64,000 nt of DNA from Raja brachyura (GCA_963514005.1 OY740802.1:23498001-23562000), one strand, 5' to 3'; shown: positions 25,480-37,388, counted from the first letter of the stretch. Numbers and translations are program-made. The notes: generated by a model from the sequence alone, not told the origin.

Positions 25480-26062
25480 AAAGCTCATCAGCGCCTCTAC
25501 TTCCTGAGAAGATTACGGAGAGTTGGTCTGTCAAGGAGGACTCTCTCTAACTTCTACAGGTGTACAGTAGAGAGCTTGCTGACTGGTTGCATTGTGGCTT
25601 GGTTCGGCAACTTGAGCGTCCTGGAGAGGAAAAGACTCCAAAAAGTAGTAAACACTGCCCAGTCCATCATCGGCTCTGATCTTCCTTCCATCGAGGGGAT
25701 TTATCACAGTCGCTGCCTCAAAAAGGCTGGCAGCATCATCAAGGACCCACACCACGCTAGCCACACACTCATCTCCCTGCTACCTTCGGGTAGAAGGTAC
25801 AGGAGCCTGAAGACTGCAACAACCCGGTTTAGGAATAGCTACTTCCCCACAGCCATCAGGCTATTAAACCTGGTTCGGAACTCTGAACATTAATATCCCT
25901 CCATCTGTTATTTGCACTTTATTAATTTATTAAGTCATGGGTGTATTTATGTATAGAATTGTAGTCAATGCCTTCTATGTTCTGTTGTGCTATGCAAAGA
26001 AAGATTTTCATTGTCCTGTCAGGGACACATGACAATAAACTCTTTTGACTTTCACTTTGACT
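25480..26062 (+). mobile_element. Rex1/Babar-type LINE 3' portion
   Basis: LTGCIVAWFGN...KDPHH...LLPSGRRYRSL...RFRNSYFP.AIRLLN; catgacaataaa tail. Confidence 0.88.
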
Positions 26063-26146
26063 CAATTAATTGACCAGCACATCTCAAGAGGCTTTGGAGA
26101 ACATTGGGGAAGTCAACTGAAGCCCACACTCTCACAGGAAGTGTGT

Positions 26147-26914
26147 AGGAAGGGACTGCTGATGCTGGTTTAAACCAAAGATAGACACAAAAAGCTGGAG
26201 TAACTCAACGGGGCAGGCAGTATCTCTGGAGAAAAGGAATGGTTGACGTTTCGGGTCAAGACCCTTCACTCCAGAGATGCTGCCTGTCCCGCTGAGTTAC
26301 TCCAGCTTTTTGTGTCTATCTTCAGTTTCAACCAGCATCTGCAGTTCCTTCCTGATTAGGGAGCCAGTCTGAAGGAGGGTCTTGACCTGAAACGTCACAC
26401 ATTCTGTCTCTCCAGGGATGCTGCCTGTCCCGCTGAGTTACTCCAGGTTTTTGGCTCTTTCGTCTGTCACAGGAAATGTTGAGATTAGTTGAGGAGATTT
26501 CACGGAGTGAGGTCCAGCGCAAATTGGAGGGACAGCATCTCACATTTCGCTTGGGCAGATTACACCCAACGGTATGAACATTGACGCATCTAACTTCAAG
26601 TAACCCTTACTTTCCCTCTCTCTCTCCATCCCACCCCCTTCTCAGTTCTCCGACCTGTATTACTGTCTCTGACTACATTTTATCTCTGTTTGCTTTGTTG
26701 TTACCTTCTCCCAGCTAACAATGATCTATTCTACATTTTACTTGTACTTTATTCCCTTTGTCCTGTTTTTACATCTTACACTTCCTTATCTATGTGATCT
26801 CCCTCTCCCCTGACATCAGTCGGAAGACGGGTCTCGACCCGAAATGTCACCCATTCCTTCTCTCCAGAGATGCTGCCTGTCCCGCTGAGTTACTCCAGCA
26901 TTTTGTGTCTATCT
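26147..26914 (+). mobile_element. Penelope-like insertion: inverted and direct pLTR copies plus GIY-YIG C-terminal remnant
   Basis: Flanking duplication aagtgtgt (26139-26146 / 26915-26922); QRKLEGQHLTFRLG...SNFK* remnant; four pLTR copies. Confidence 0.85.
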
Positions 26915-27693
26915 AAGTGTGTGAGTGGACAACTGAGCCACTCAGAGACACTAAACTTGTAGAAATGACGTCTTTATTCATCAGGACAAGCAGACATTCT
27001 CTTGGAGACCTTCTCTGTAGAATCTCCCCAAAGTGAAAGCATGTACATTTTTTATAAGAACAAAGATAACCTCTGGTGCTCCAATACAATTTTAATTGCT
27101 ACAATGACATTGCTTACTTCACTATTTTGAGCCAGACAAATGGTTCCATTGAATTAGATATTTACAATGAAAGCACACCGTAAATAACATGACACCTGTG
27201 AATGTTCATACAAAGTAATTCACGTGTACAGTCCAAAAGCTTCCGAGGTGAGAGAACTCAGATTGCCAAAATTAGTGTTGTGAGGGTGGACTCTCTGACT
27301 ACACCAATGCCGTTTTATAAAAAAAAGCCTGTTTCCCTTGCCTGTGATCATGTTTCATGGGCCAAGTGACAGAAAAGTCTGTCTGGAAGACACAATGGTG
27401 CAAAATAATTTAAGCTGAAGATATTTAATATAGGCCACTCAACAATCCCTCTGTCTTAAATGTGGCTGATACATACAAGGATATGTTATGGTCATGTCAG
27501 TGAACAGCACTGTCGGATTACACAACTGCCCTGATTACAAATTGATTACTACTTACAATGTACATTAGAAGAGGTATTTTGAAGCCTGGATCTTTTCTTT
27601 ATTAATGCATGCTATATCAACTTTATTCTATAACTCCTGAATCAACCCTAAGAAGGACAGTGTGTAAATTTCACACAGCCAACTCTGCAAGTC

Positions 27694-28381
27694 ACTGGGT
27701 GGCGCCCGTAATGGCTTCCTCGCCAACAGTCTGTCTCTTCCTTTTCTTTCTTTGTTGTTTTTAGTATGTGTTAAATATATGTTTTAGTGTTCTATAACTT
27801 GTTTTATGGGGGGGTGGGGTTTTGGGGAAACTTTTTGAAATCTCTTACCTCGACGGAGAGCCGATTTTTTTCAGTATCGTATCTCCGTCCGCTCTGCGAC
27901 CTAACATCGTGGAGTTGGCGGTCTCTGCTGTGGACGAACTTTGGGAGCTCCAACGGCGGGAGCCTGCAGGATTTAACATCGTGGAGCTGGCGGTCCCTGT
28001 CGAGGATCGACTTTGGAGCTCCAACTGCGGGAACCTACGGACTTTAACGTCGTGGAGCTCACGGTCCCTGGTTAGGGACCGACTTCGGGAGCTCCAGGCC
28101 GCAAGTGGTTCAACGTCCCCGACACGGGAGCTTCGATCGCCCCGACTGCGGATGGTTCGACTGCCCTGACCGCGGGAGAATAAAGAGGGAAGATGATTAC
28201 ACTATTATTGCCTTTCATCACAGTGAGGAATGTGGGGAATATGCTTTGGTGGATGTTTATGTTAACTTTTATGTAGTTGTGTATCTTGTTGCTGTTTTTA
28301 GATTGGCTGTATGGTAAATCGAATATCACTGCACCTTAATTGGTACACGTGACAATAAATGACCTTTGAACCTTTGAACTT
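27694..28381 (+). mobile_element. Non-autonomous CpG-rich retroposon with ~72-bp internal tandem units and Rex-like tail
   Basis: taac[a/g]tcgtggag at 27902, 27974 and 28045; tail cacgtgacaataaa...cctttgaacctttgaa. Confidence 0.7.
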
Positions 28382-28779
28382 AAGTCCATGGAGCTGTGAC
28401 AATGTGAAACTCATGCCACTGAGTAACTCATTGCAGACCAAAATTGCTAGAAGTAATGTACAACTCCACCATTTAACTCTAACATTCATGGTAAACGAAG
28501 ATCCATCTGTGGACACTAATTCAACAATTTATTGCCAATCTTCAATAACATTGTTAAATTAATGATGTCCAGTCCCACACATGGTTTGCATTTGTAACGT
28601 GCATGAGGGCAATGAAGAACTCAGAGATAGTGTGGCATAAATTACATTGTTTGTATGGAATGACACACTGAGTTCAACATATTTTAATGCAGACAAAGGC
28701 TACATCCGGACATTAAAAACAATAATTTTCATTTATGTAATCAGTGGTAAAACTGGATCTCTGATGCACTAATTAAAGG

Positions 28780-29480
28780 TTAAGTTGAGTCTACTGTCAT
28801 ATTCCATAATTACAGCAATGTATATGTACAATGAAATTGCAGCAGCATCACAGGCGCATACATCGCAGACAGCACACAACAACATAATTTATATATAAAT
28901 TGCAAAAATTCTACAAGACGGTTAAAAGAAAAAGATTGTGCAAATACAAGATATCAATGCAAATAACAATTAGAAAACAAGTATGTAGTAGTTCTGGGGT
29001 GCTTTGTAGTGTTCTGTTGTTGTGGTAGGATGAGATGATGTGCATGTTGGTACAACAACCTGATGGTTGCAGAAAGGTAGCTGTTCCTGAACTTGATGGT
29101 GTGGGGCAGGCGTCTGTTTGTACCTCCTGCCTAATGGTGGCACGGTTGCATCGAGAAGAAGGCATAGACTGAATGTGTGGAACCTTGATACATGCCTGCT
29201 TCCTGATGATTTCTATGATGGGGAGGCTGTACCAGGCTGAATCCACCACTTTCTGCAGCTTGTTGCCTTCCTGTGTTTCAGAATTGCCATAACAGGCCAG
29301 GTTGCGACTGGCTAGTCATTAGAGTATTCAGTGAAGTGCCAAATTTCTAAGAAATAAGAGATGCTGGCACACTTTCTTGGCGCTCATCTGTGCCCTGGGC
29401 CCATAACAGGCCAGCGATGTTAACAGCCAGAAATTGGAATCTGCTAACTCTCTCCACTGCAAACCCACCATTGAAAACTG
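28780..29480 (-). mobile_element. Degraded Rex1/Babar-type LINE
   Basis: tagctgttcctgaac..., AKKVCQHLLFLRNL (degraded KKAQQRLYFLR). Confidence 0.6.
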
Positions 29481-29519
29481 CCATTTGGTATCCCAACTTC
29501 CCCTTTCTGAGACATTGGG

Positions 29520-30275
29520 ACATAAAGTCATAGCACAGACACAGGCCCTTCAGCCCAACTCATCCATGCCGACTGAGTTGCCTCAACTAAGCAAGTTCTG
29601 TTTGCCCACATTTGCCTGATATCCATCTCAACCTTTCCTATCCATGTACCTGTCCAAGTGTTTTTAAAATGCTGTTATAGTACTTGCCACAACTATCTCC
29701 TCTGACAGCTCATTTCATATACCCACTACAATTTGAATGAGAAAGTTATAGCTCAGATCCTATTAAATCTTGCCCCTCCCACATTAAACCTATGGTCCTG
29801 TGGTTTTTGATTCCTCTAGCCTAGATAAAAGACTCTGCATTCACCCTATCTATTCCCTCATCATTTTATGCACTTCTATAAGATCACCCCCTTCATTCAT
29901 GTGGTTCAAGGAATAAAGTCCTAGTTAATATAAACCACAAACAACGATGGGCTGATCACCGAGGCACATCAATATTCACCGGCCTCCAGTCCAAAAAACA
30001 ATCTTCCACCATCACCCTCTGCTTCCTTCCATGAAGCTATTTTGTTATCCATTCAGCTGGCTCTTCCATGTAATCTTTCAGGGCAGCCTACTGTGCAGAA
30101 CCATATCAAATGTCTTGCTGAAATCCACATAGGTAATGTCTACAGCTCTGCCATCAACCTTTTTAGTTTACAGTATCTGGTAAATCTTCCCTGCACCCTT
30201 TCCAAAGCCTCCACATGTTTCCTGTAACGGGGCAACCAGAACTACACACAATACTCCATATGCGGCTGGACCAAT
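29520..30275 (-). mobile_element. CR1 3' fragments
   Basis: Reverse-complement CR1 3'UTR and RT pieces (aaatgtcttgctgaaatccacat). Confidence 0.7.
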
Positions 30276-31799
30276 AAAGCCGCAGAAATGCCGAGCATCT
30301 TCGGCAACTTCAGATTTCCAGCATTTCCAGTTCAATTGTCATTTTGGAAGACATTATGCGTTTTGTGCAATAGATTATATTTTAGTGTTGTATGTGGTTA
30401 GTGATTAGTCCTAAACAAGCCTGTGGACTGTGCCATTATTTCACGCCTTAGAATTAAGTTAATGTCCACCCACAATCCATTTGTTCCTTGAACTGATTTT
30501 CTACATGAGTGTACAATTTCTTTTTGACCCAGTGTAGTATTCTAACATAATTTATACCAAAGGCTAAGTGTGTTCGCAATTATTTCAGGTAAAAATTCCA
30601 TGAACCAAATTGGATAAAGAAAGAAGTTTTGGAACTTTAACATTGCTACAACCTGCTGCAAGGTTTCCAGGTACAGTATAGTTCAGTTCTCTTCTACATG
30701 TTACATTCAAATACATTTTTAAAGAATGCATTGTGACTTCTGTTGAACATTAAAAATCCTGAGTTCCTTCAAAAACACATTATTGATTCTTTGCAAAGCC
30801 TCCAGTTGCAGTGTTATCCACACAGAAGGAATGGCCTTTCCTTTGCTCAATCCATCTTTGTGGTTTCCTAAAGGAAATCAATCAGGTAAGTCAATCAGTC
30901 CAGGGAAGTGTAGGGACAAATGTAGGGAGGTGTGATGATCAAACTGGTATCAGCCACAAATAGAAGGCTGAATTGGAGGCTAAAGTGAGATCTGCTGGGG
31001 GAAGTTGTGGTAGTTAGAATAGAAAATATAACTGATTTGGGGCCATGACCAGGAGTTGGGGGATGGGGTAGTCAAGTCAGGGAACGGAATGCTTTACTGG
31101 GGGTTGTGGATCCATGATTCTGGGTTTAGTTTAGTTTAGTTCTCTGTATATCTCTAATGCTGCTTGACTTGCTGGAAGTTTGCAGAATAGTCAGACATTT
31201 TAATTTTCAATTGTTCATGCATTCTGAACTTTTGGTTTCATCCGCAACTGTAACAATGTTGATTGGGCAATCCCAGATGAAAACAGTGAATGTTCCAGGG
31301 GATATAGCATTCCAAAGATGGGGATGAACTCTCATTTTTTACCCGACCAAGCCTGAATAGAATTGCCAAGGGCCCATATGTGCTGGAACAATGTGGAATT
31401 TGTGTTTGACTTTAATTAATTTGTGTTGAGTGTGCTGGTGCTGTAATTGTTAGCACCAGATTTTCTATCTTTTTTTTATCAGGAATTATATAACTACCCA
31501 AGGGTGCATCTGCTCTGTGTGAAACTAGTAGTGAACCATTTTCATGCTATCTAAAAACTGCAGATGCTGGAAATTTTAAAGAAACATAGAAAATGATGAA
31601 AACACCCAGATGGCCAGGCAGTGGAAAATATGGACAGAAAATATTGAGTTAATATTTCAGGCAAAAGGATTTTCTGTTTTTATTTCACTAACACTCAGAA
31701 TCAGGTAATGGTTTGCCTGTGATCTCTCTGCAGGGGAGAAATGTGAATTCATGATGGAATAGCATTAGTGAAGATAGATCTGTTGATAGATAATGGTTC

Positions 31800-32370
31800 A
31801 GATCACACTAGCAGCTTTCCAGCACTTCCAGAAACCGCTAACCAGCTGTAAACTGCACATCTGTGCATTCCATAGCAAACCACCAACATCTGTACTGTGC
31901 AAGCATGGAAGTACGGAATGCACATTGCAGCTGTCCAAAGGCAGACAATCACATTTCCATTTCATCTCTTGCCAGAGGAGCTTTGATGGGGCTGCACGCT
32001 TTATCATGGTGCAGGGTGGCATTGATAACATGCATGTTGTGCGGATTACATATGAACTCAGCCACGTACCTGGAACTGAAAGGTATTCCAACTTCCTCAG
32101 CATCCAGTTGTGTCGTAATCATAGGCAATTGCTTATGAAGAGGAATGCCAAGTGCATTGGCAGTCACCAGTGAATCCAAGGATCTTCTGCAACTAACTGA
32201 GGTTATGTGCCAGATAAAATTCATCCTTCACCCATCAGCTTTACACCAGCATAGCATGCACATTTAGCACAGCTGAATGTATTGCATCAAACGGTAAAAC
32301 ACCTGTCAATGGCTTTACAGTTAGAATGCTGTCAGATTGCATTAGTTTCTGAGTGGATAAATTGGTATGT
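31800..32370 (+). pseudogene. Highly degraded PIF/Harbinger (HARBI1-like) transposase remnant
   Basis: VQGGIDNMHV resembles GAIDCTH; FLSIQLCRNHRQLLMKRNAKCIGSH resembles S.N.Q.VCDH....VNA..PGS.HD; downstream AH...NVLHQT resembles AH..TR.VIE.T. Several frameshifts. Confidence 0.55.
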
Positions 32371-32849
32371 GATGAATTAAAATAGTTAGACTTGGACACG
32401 TATCCTGGGAAAAAGGGAAAGGATGCCAGGCCGCAGGTGCCCAGTAATAAACAGAAATGTGCAAAAAATTACGGAATCTCCTGAGGCAGTATTGCACCTG
32501 AATGGATGAAATTTCATTAACGGATTTGGTAAAAAGCAGCTTCTGCATGTAACGCAGTCATAATTATCAATAATTTCTCTTTTCGCAGTGTTCTGTTAAA
32601 CTGCAAAGGGATTGGGATGCAATGACCCTTCTGTCAATGTGAATTAGTCCATGTGTTTTTCAAATACTGTGGCAGTATCTGGGGAATAAACTTGGTCTAC
32701 ACAGGAAATACAATAGTGTTAACTGGGTACTTGAATCTGTTTCTGCAGCTTACCTCGGACAACAATTCTGTTCATTGTAAGTGGTGCTCAGTGCAAAACA
32801 TCATTGAAGATAAACTTAAATCAGCCTCTTTTCCAATAATACTTTTAAC

Positions 32850-33400
32850 AAGTCAAAAGCAGGGAGGTTTTGCTCCAACTTTGCAAAACATTGGTCAGGT
32901 CTCAGCTGGAGTATTGCATACAGCTCTGGTCATCACACTTTCAGAAAGATGTGATAGTGCTGGAGAGTGTGCGTAGAACATAAAAGAGTACAGCACAAGA
33001 ACAGGCCTTTTGGCTAACAATATCTGTGCTGAACATGTTGCCAATACTATCTCTTATCTACCTGCATATAATCCATATCCCTCCATTACCTGCATATCCA
33101 TATGCCTAGCCAAAGCCCTCTTAAATGTATCTGCCTCAACTACCAACCCTGACAGCACATTCCAGGCACACACCACCCTCTGTGTAAAAAAATGTTGTCC
33201 TGTACATCTCTCTTCAACTTTGCCCCTCTCACCTTAAAGCAATGCCCTCTAGTATTTGATTGTTCCATCCTTGGAAAAGAGGTGCTGACAGTCTACCCTA
33301 TCTATCTAGCCTATCTATACTTCTCATAATTTTATTTACTTCTACCAGGTCTCCCCACAACCTCCAGTGAAAACAATCTTAATCTGTCCAACCTCTCAGT
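32850..33400. mobile_element. Two CR1 fragments in opposite orientation
   Basis: + strand LVR.QLEYC.Q.W piece (32850-32975); - strand CR1 3' end (32975-33400). Confidence 0.65.
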
Positions 33401-33454
33401 CATCTCATAAAATATTAAATGAGTGGCAATAATTGGAATAATCTGTCCTAGATC

Positions 33455-34695
33455 TGTCATGAGGACGATGGCCCCAAAAGCTGCAAGCAGTGATAGAGGG
33501 GGGGATCTAGATGGAAGGGGGTAGAGGGGAAATGGGTGTGCATGATAGTGAGAGAAATTGGTGTGGGTGAGGGGGCAATGGAAAGAGATGGAGGGAGCAA
33601 TGAATTGGAGAATTCAATGTTCATAACATTGAGTTGTAAACTATCCAAGCAAAATATATGCTGTTCCTCCATGGTGGATTCACAAGAGATTCAGCAGACC
33701 TTGGTGGACCTAGCGCTAGTGATCAGCAAAATGGACACCGAATCTATGCTTGGTCTCATCGATGTAAATGAGGCCACATTGGGAACACCAAATGCAATAG
33801 GTTAGAGGACGTGCATGTGAATCTAAGTCTCACCTGGAAGGGTTGCTGGGGACCTTGGGTGGCGGTAATGAAGGAGGTGTGGGGCATGTTTAGTTTAGTT
33901 TAGTTTAGAGATACAACACGGAAACAGGCCCTTCGGCCCACTGAGTCCGCGCCGACCAGTGATCCCTGCACATTAATGCTATCCTATACACAGGGACAAG
34001 TTACACTTATACCAGGTCAATTAACCTACAAACCTGTACGTCTTTGGAGTGTGGGAGGTAACCGAAGATCTCGGAGAAAACCCACGCGGTCACGGGGAGA
34101 CTCCATACAGACAAGCACCCATAATCGGGATTGAACACAGGTCTCTGGCGCTGCAAGCGTTGTAAGGCAGCAATTCTACCGCTGCACTACCATGCCACCC
34201 TAAGTGCCTATAGGGCCACCTGTGCTCCCGGTGTTGCATCTCCTGTAAGATCAAGAAAGACGAGTGAAGTGTGAGAGAGTCCAAGTCAATTTGAGGGCAG
34301 GGTGAAATTTGATTAAATTTCTTGATTTCTTGATCTCTCACTCTCCATCAGGGGACAGACTATCGACTGACATCTACTATAAGGCCACTGACATCCACTT
34401 TTATCTTGACTACACTTTGTCGCACCCTTCCAATTGAAAGACTACTATTCCAGTGCTATCATGAATGGATCTCTCATCCGTGTCTCCACTGCGGCCCCTA
34501 GTTGTGCTCTCGCTCCTCCTCCCCACAGATGGAACAAGGATAGAGTTTCTCTAGCCCTTACCTTTCACCCCACCAGCCTCCACATTCAACACATCATTCT
34601 CCATCATTTCCAACAGCAGTAACATGATCCCACCACTAAACACACTTTCCCGTCCCCACCCCTTTCTGCTTTCCATAGAGACCACTCCCACCGCA
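33455..34695. mobile_element. Penelope-like fragments (GIY-YIG end on -, RT C-terminal piece on +), split by a SINE
   Basis: EEQHIFCLDSLQLNVMNIEFSN on the - strand; GDRLSTDIYYK.TD.H.YLDY and DRVSLALTFHPTSLHIQHIILHHF on the + strand. Confidence 0.75.
33888..34200 (-). mobile_element. HE1/V-type SINE
   Basis: (tttag)n tail, V-domain and tRNA-like head in reverse complement. Confidence 0.85.
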
Positions 34696-35093
34696 ACGGT
34701 ACACTTGACAATAAACTAAATTCAAACTCAAGCTCGTCTGCTTTGGACAGTCTCTGAAAATGATCAAATGCAAAACTCTCCACAGAACTACGTTTATATC
34801 CAAGGTATTGAAGCTCCAAAAACATCTACTGGGTGGGGTATAGTTTGCAGTCGTTGAGATCTGATTTTCCATTTCTGAAGGATTGCGGAACAAAAAAGTG
34901 AATTTTGAGTTATAATATGCTAAGAATAAAAACATTTCATAGATGAATAAAAATGTCATAGATAGAATTTTTGGGAGATTATTTTGGGAGAGTTTCAAAT
35001 TAAATCAAACCAAATGGTATTGTAATATCAGTGTTTTGTTTTCTGCTGCTGTCTGAAGAAGTAAGCAGAAAGAACCTGCATTATCTTTATATA

Positions 35094-35241
35094 NNNNNNN
35101 NNNNNNNNNNNNNNNNNNNNNNNNNNNNNNNNNNNNNNNNNNNNNNNNNNNNNNNNNNNNNNNNNNNNNNNNNNNNNNNNNNNNNNNNNNNNNNNNNNNN
35201 NNNNNNNNNNNNNNNNNNNNNNNNNNNNNNNNNNNNNNNNN
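35094..35241. other. Assembly gap (N run)
   Basis: Run of N. Confidence 1.
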
Positions 35242-35729
35242 TTCCAAACGCTGAGGCACAGCCTTCCCATTTTCACACATCCTACTCACATTTTTCCTGT
35301 GGAGGCGATAAACATCTTTCCGTCGCATTTCCACCTATATTTCTGAAGTTATTGATCCTTGAAGTTTAAAAAGTGACGTCACAATGCACTCACAAGGCAG
35401 GATGGGACACTCTAGGAGGGAGGGGCATAGCCCGGGGCCTGGGCCTGGGCTGGAGCCGAGCCTGGTGCTGGAGCTGGAGTGAGGCCAAGCCCGGGGCTTG
35501 GGATGGGGCCGTGACCAAGAAAGAAGCCGCTGTTGGAACCAAGGACGGGTCTGGGTCTGGGGTCAGGGATGAGCCCGGAGATGAAGTCGGGGCCTGCACT
35601 GGAGCCCAGACCGCCGCTGAGTTGACAGCTGCAGTCTACAGCCATGGACGGGCCAAGTACGAGAACCAGGCCGAGTTCCAGGCCCTGGCGCCTCTCTATG
35701 AGCTGGTAGGTGCTCGGGCAAGGAATGGG

Positions 35730-36020
35730 AGTGAGGGGAGGAGGATGAGGGAAAGAGGAGAGGGTAGGTAGGGTTGTTGCCATGTCCCCCCCACTCTACC
35801 CCTCTCCCTCTACCCCCTCCCTCTCTCTCTCTACCCACCTCCCTCTCTACCCCCCTCCCTCTATACCCCCCTCCCTCTCTGCCACTCTCCCTCTCTACCC
35901 CCCTCCCTCTACTCACCCTCTCTACCACATCCCCCTTCCTCTCTACCCCCCCTCCCTCTCTAGGGATTGAAGAGGGAGGGTGAAGAGGAGGAGGAGGAGG
36001 GAGTGTTGGTGGATGAGGAG
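35730..36020. repeat. Polypurine/polypyrimidine low-complexity tract with ccctctctac-like units
   Basis: Pyrimidine-rich 35785-35960, flanked by purine-rich tracts. Confidence 0.9.
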
Positions 36021-36779
36021 AAATGCGCAGTTGGGTGAGTGGTGCAATATTGCGTTAGGGGAACAGGTTGTGTTGGGGGAACGGGTGAGTGGTGGAATCA
36101 TGCATTGGGGGAGCAGACCCAATGGGTCTGCACTGGTTCTAGTAAATCATAAAATTATATGCATTAAAAACATCTTTCGCAACCTCAGAACGTCCTCTAA
36201 GACAATGAACCCTTTTGAGGTGCAGCCATGCAATAATCCAGCAAATATGGCAGCTTTATTTTGTAATTTTTCCCAGCTGTAAAGAAATAAATGATCAGAT
36301 TTCTTATGATGTCACTTGAGGGATCATTACTGGGAAAAAAATCTCCTGCTCAAACTTGAAACACTGTCAAAGGCTTCTCTTTGACTATCTGATGGGCTAG
36401 TTCATACAATCATTTAAGATCACACCAAAAAATATTTCTAGTAATGCTCTCACTTGGTAATAAATTGAAGTCCCAGCAAAGATTCTGTGGCTTCACAGAC
36501 TTCCCACTCGGAGACATCGTGTGACCACCAAGCCAAGCCTGACATGTGAGCTTCTGTATGTTATTCAGGCTGACCTGTGACTTTAACTGCTTTGCTGGCC
36601 AGTAAGTGGATGCATTTCCCTTCATTTTATTTTCCGAAGCTTTGCTTTATGGATAAATGCCAAACCAGGAACATATTATTATGAGCTGTTTTATCCCTTT
36701 TTTTTGCTGGATAAATCCCAGAACTTTACTTTCAATTACTATGCGCAAAATTTAACTTGGGATCACAAGAATGGCAATT

Positions 36780-37388
36780 TTCCTTCATTATGTCTAGGAC
36801 ATTATTTCAGCGGATGCCCAAAGTTGGAACTAGATAGTGGAAGAACATTAGAATGGTTATATTGGTAATGTTAGTACAATATTACTCCGGAGGAGGTGCT
36901 AAAAGTCCTAACGCCTGTGAAGGCAGACGGATCTCCTGGGCCTGATTAGATATCCCAGGACACTGTGAGAATCTAGAGAAGAAATTGAAGGTGCCCTGAC
37001 TAAGATTTATGACTCGTCATTAAATATACAGATGAGGTGCAAGAAGACTGGAGGTTGGCAAAGGTTATGCCTCTATTTAAGGGCTACAGGCAAAACAGCT
37101 GTGGCTGGACTGGTGCTAGCGAACATTGTGAGGGATGATATACATGCATTTAGATGGACAAGGGCTGATTAGTGAGTCAGCACAGTTTTGTTCGTGGGAG
37201 GTCATGTCTCATAAACTTGATTGTTTTTTGATGTGACATAAATGGTTGATGAGGGGAGTGCTGTAGATGTTGTATATATGGATTTCAGCAAGACTTTTGA
37301 CAAGGTTCTGCATGGTAGGCTGCTCTGGAAGGTTAGATCACATGGCTATCCAAGTAGAGATAGCTGACTGGATAGAAAATTGGCTTAT
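36780..37388 (+). mobile_element. CR1 LINE RT-region fragment
   Basis: Degraded SPGPD, EDWR.A.V.PLFK, GRSCL.NLI, AVDVVYMDFSKTFDKV. Confidence 0.8.

Larger units (their letters stand above)
35084..36142 (+). mobile_element. Non-autonomous Helitron
   Basis: 3' end is hairpin gcagaccc-aat-gggtctgc (36113-36131) then CTAG (36139-36142) followed by T. Candidate 5' end A|TCTTTATATA at 35084 lies across an N gap. No TIR or TSD. Confidence 0.72.

Noticed and set aside
27900-28110. CRISPR-like array (motif every ~72 bp)
   Set aside because: The 'spacers' resemble each other, so these are tandem units in a retroposon; eukaryotic context and no cas genes.
28440-28516. TDGSS motif suggesting retroviral RNase H
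   Set aside because: No other RNase H or pol motifs nearby; likely chance.
35005-35369. ORFs spanning N runs (also 43460-43859)
   Set aside because: Artefacts of translating through assembly gaps.
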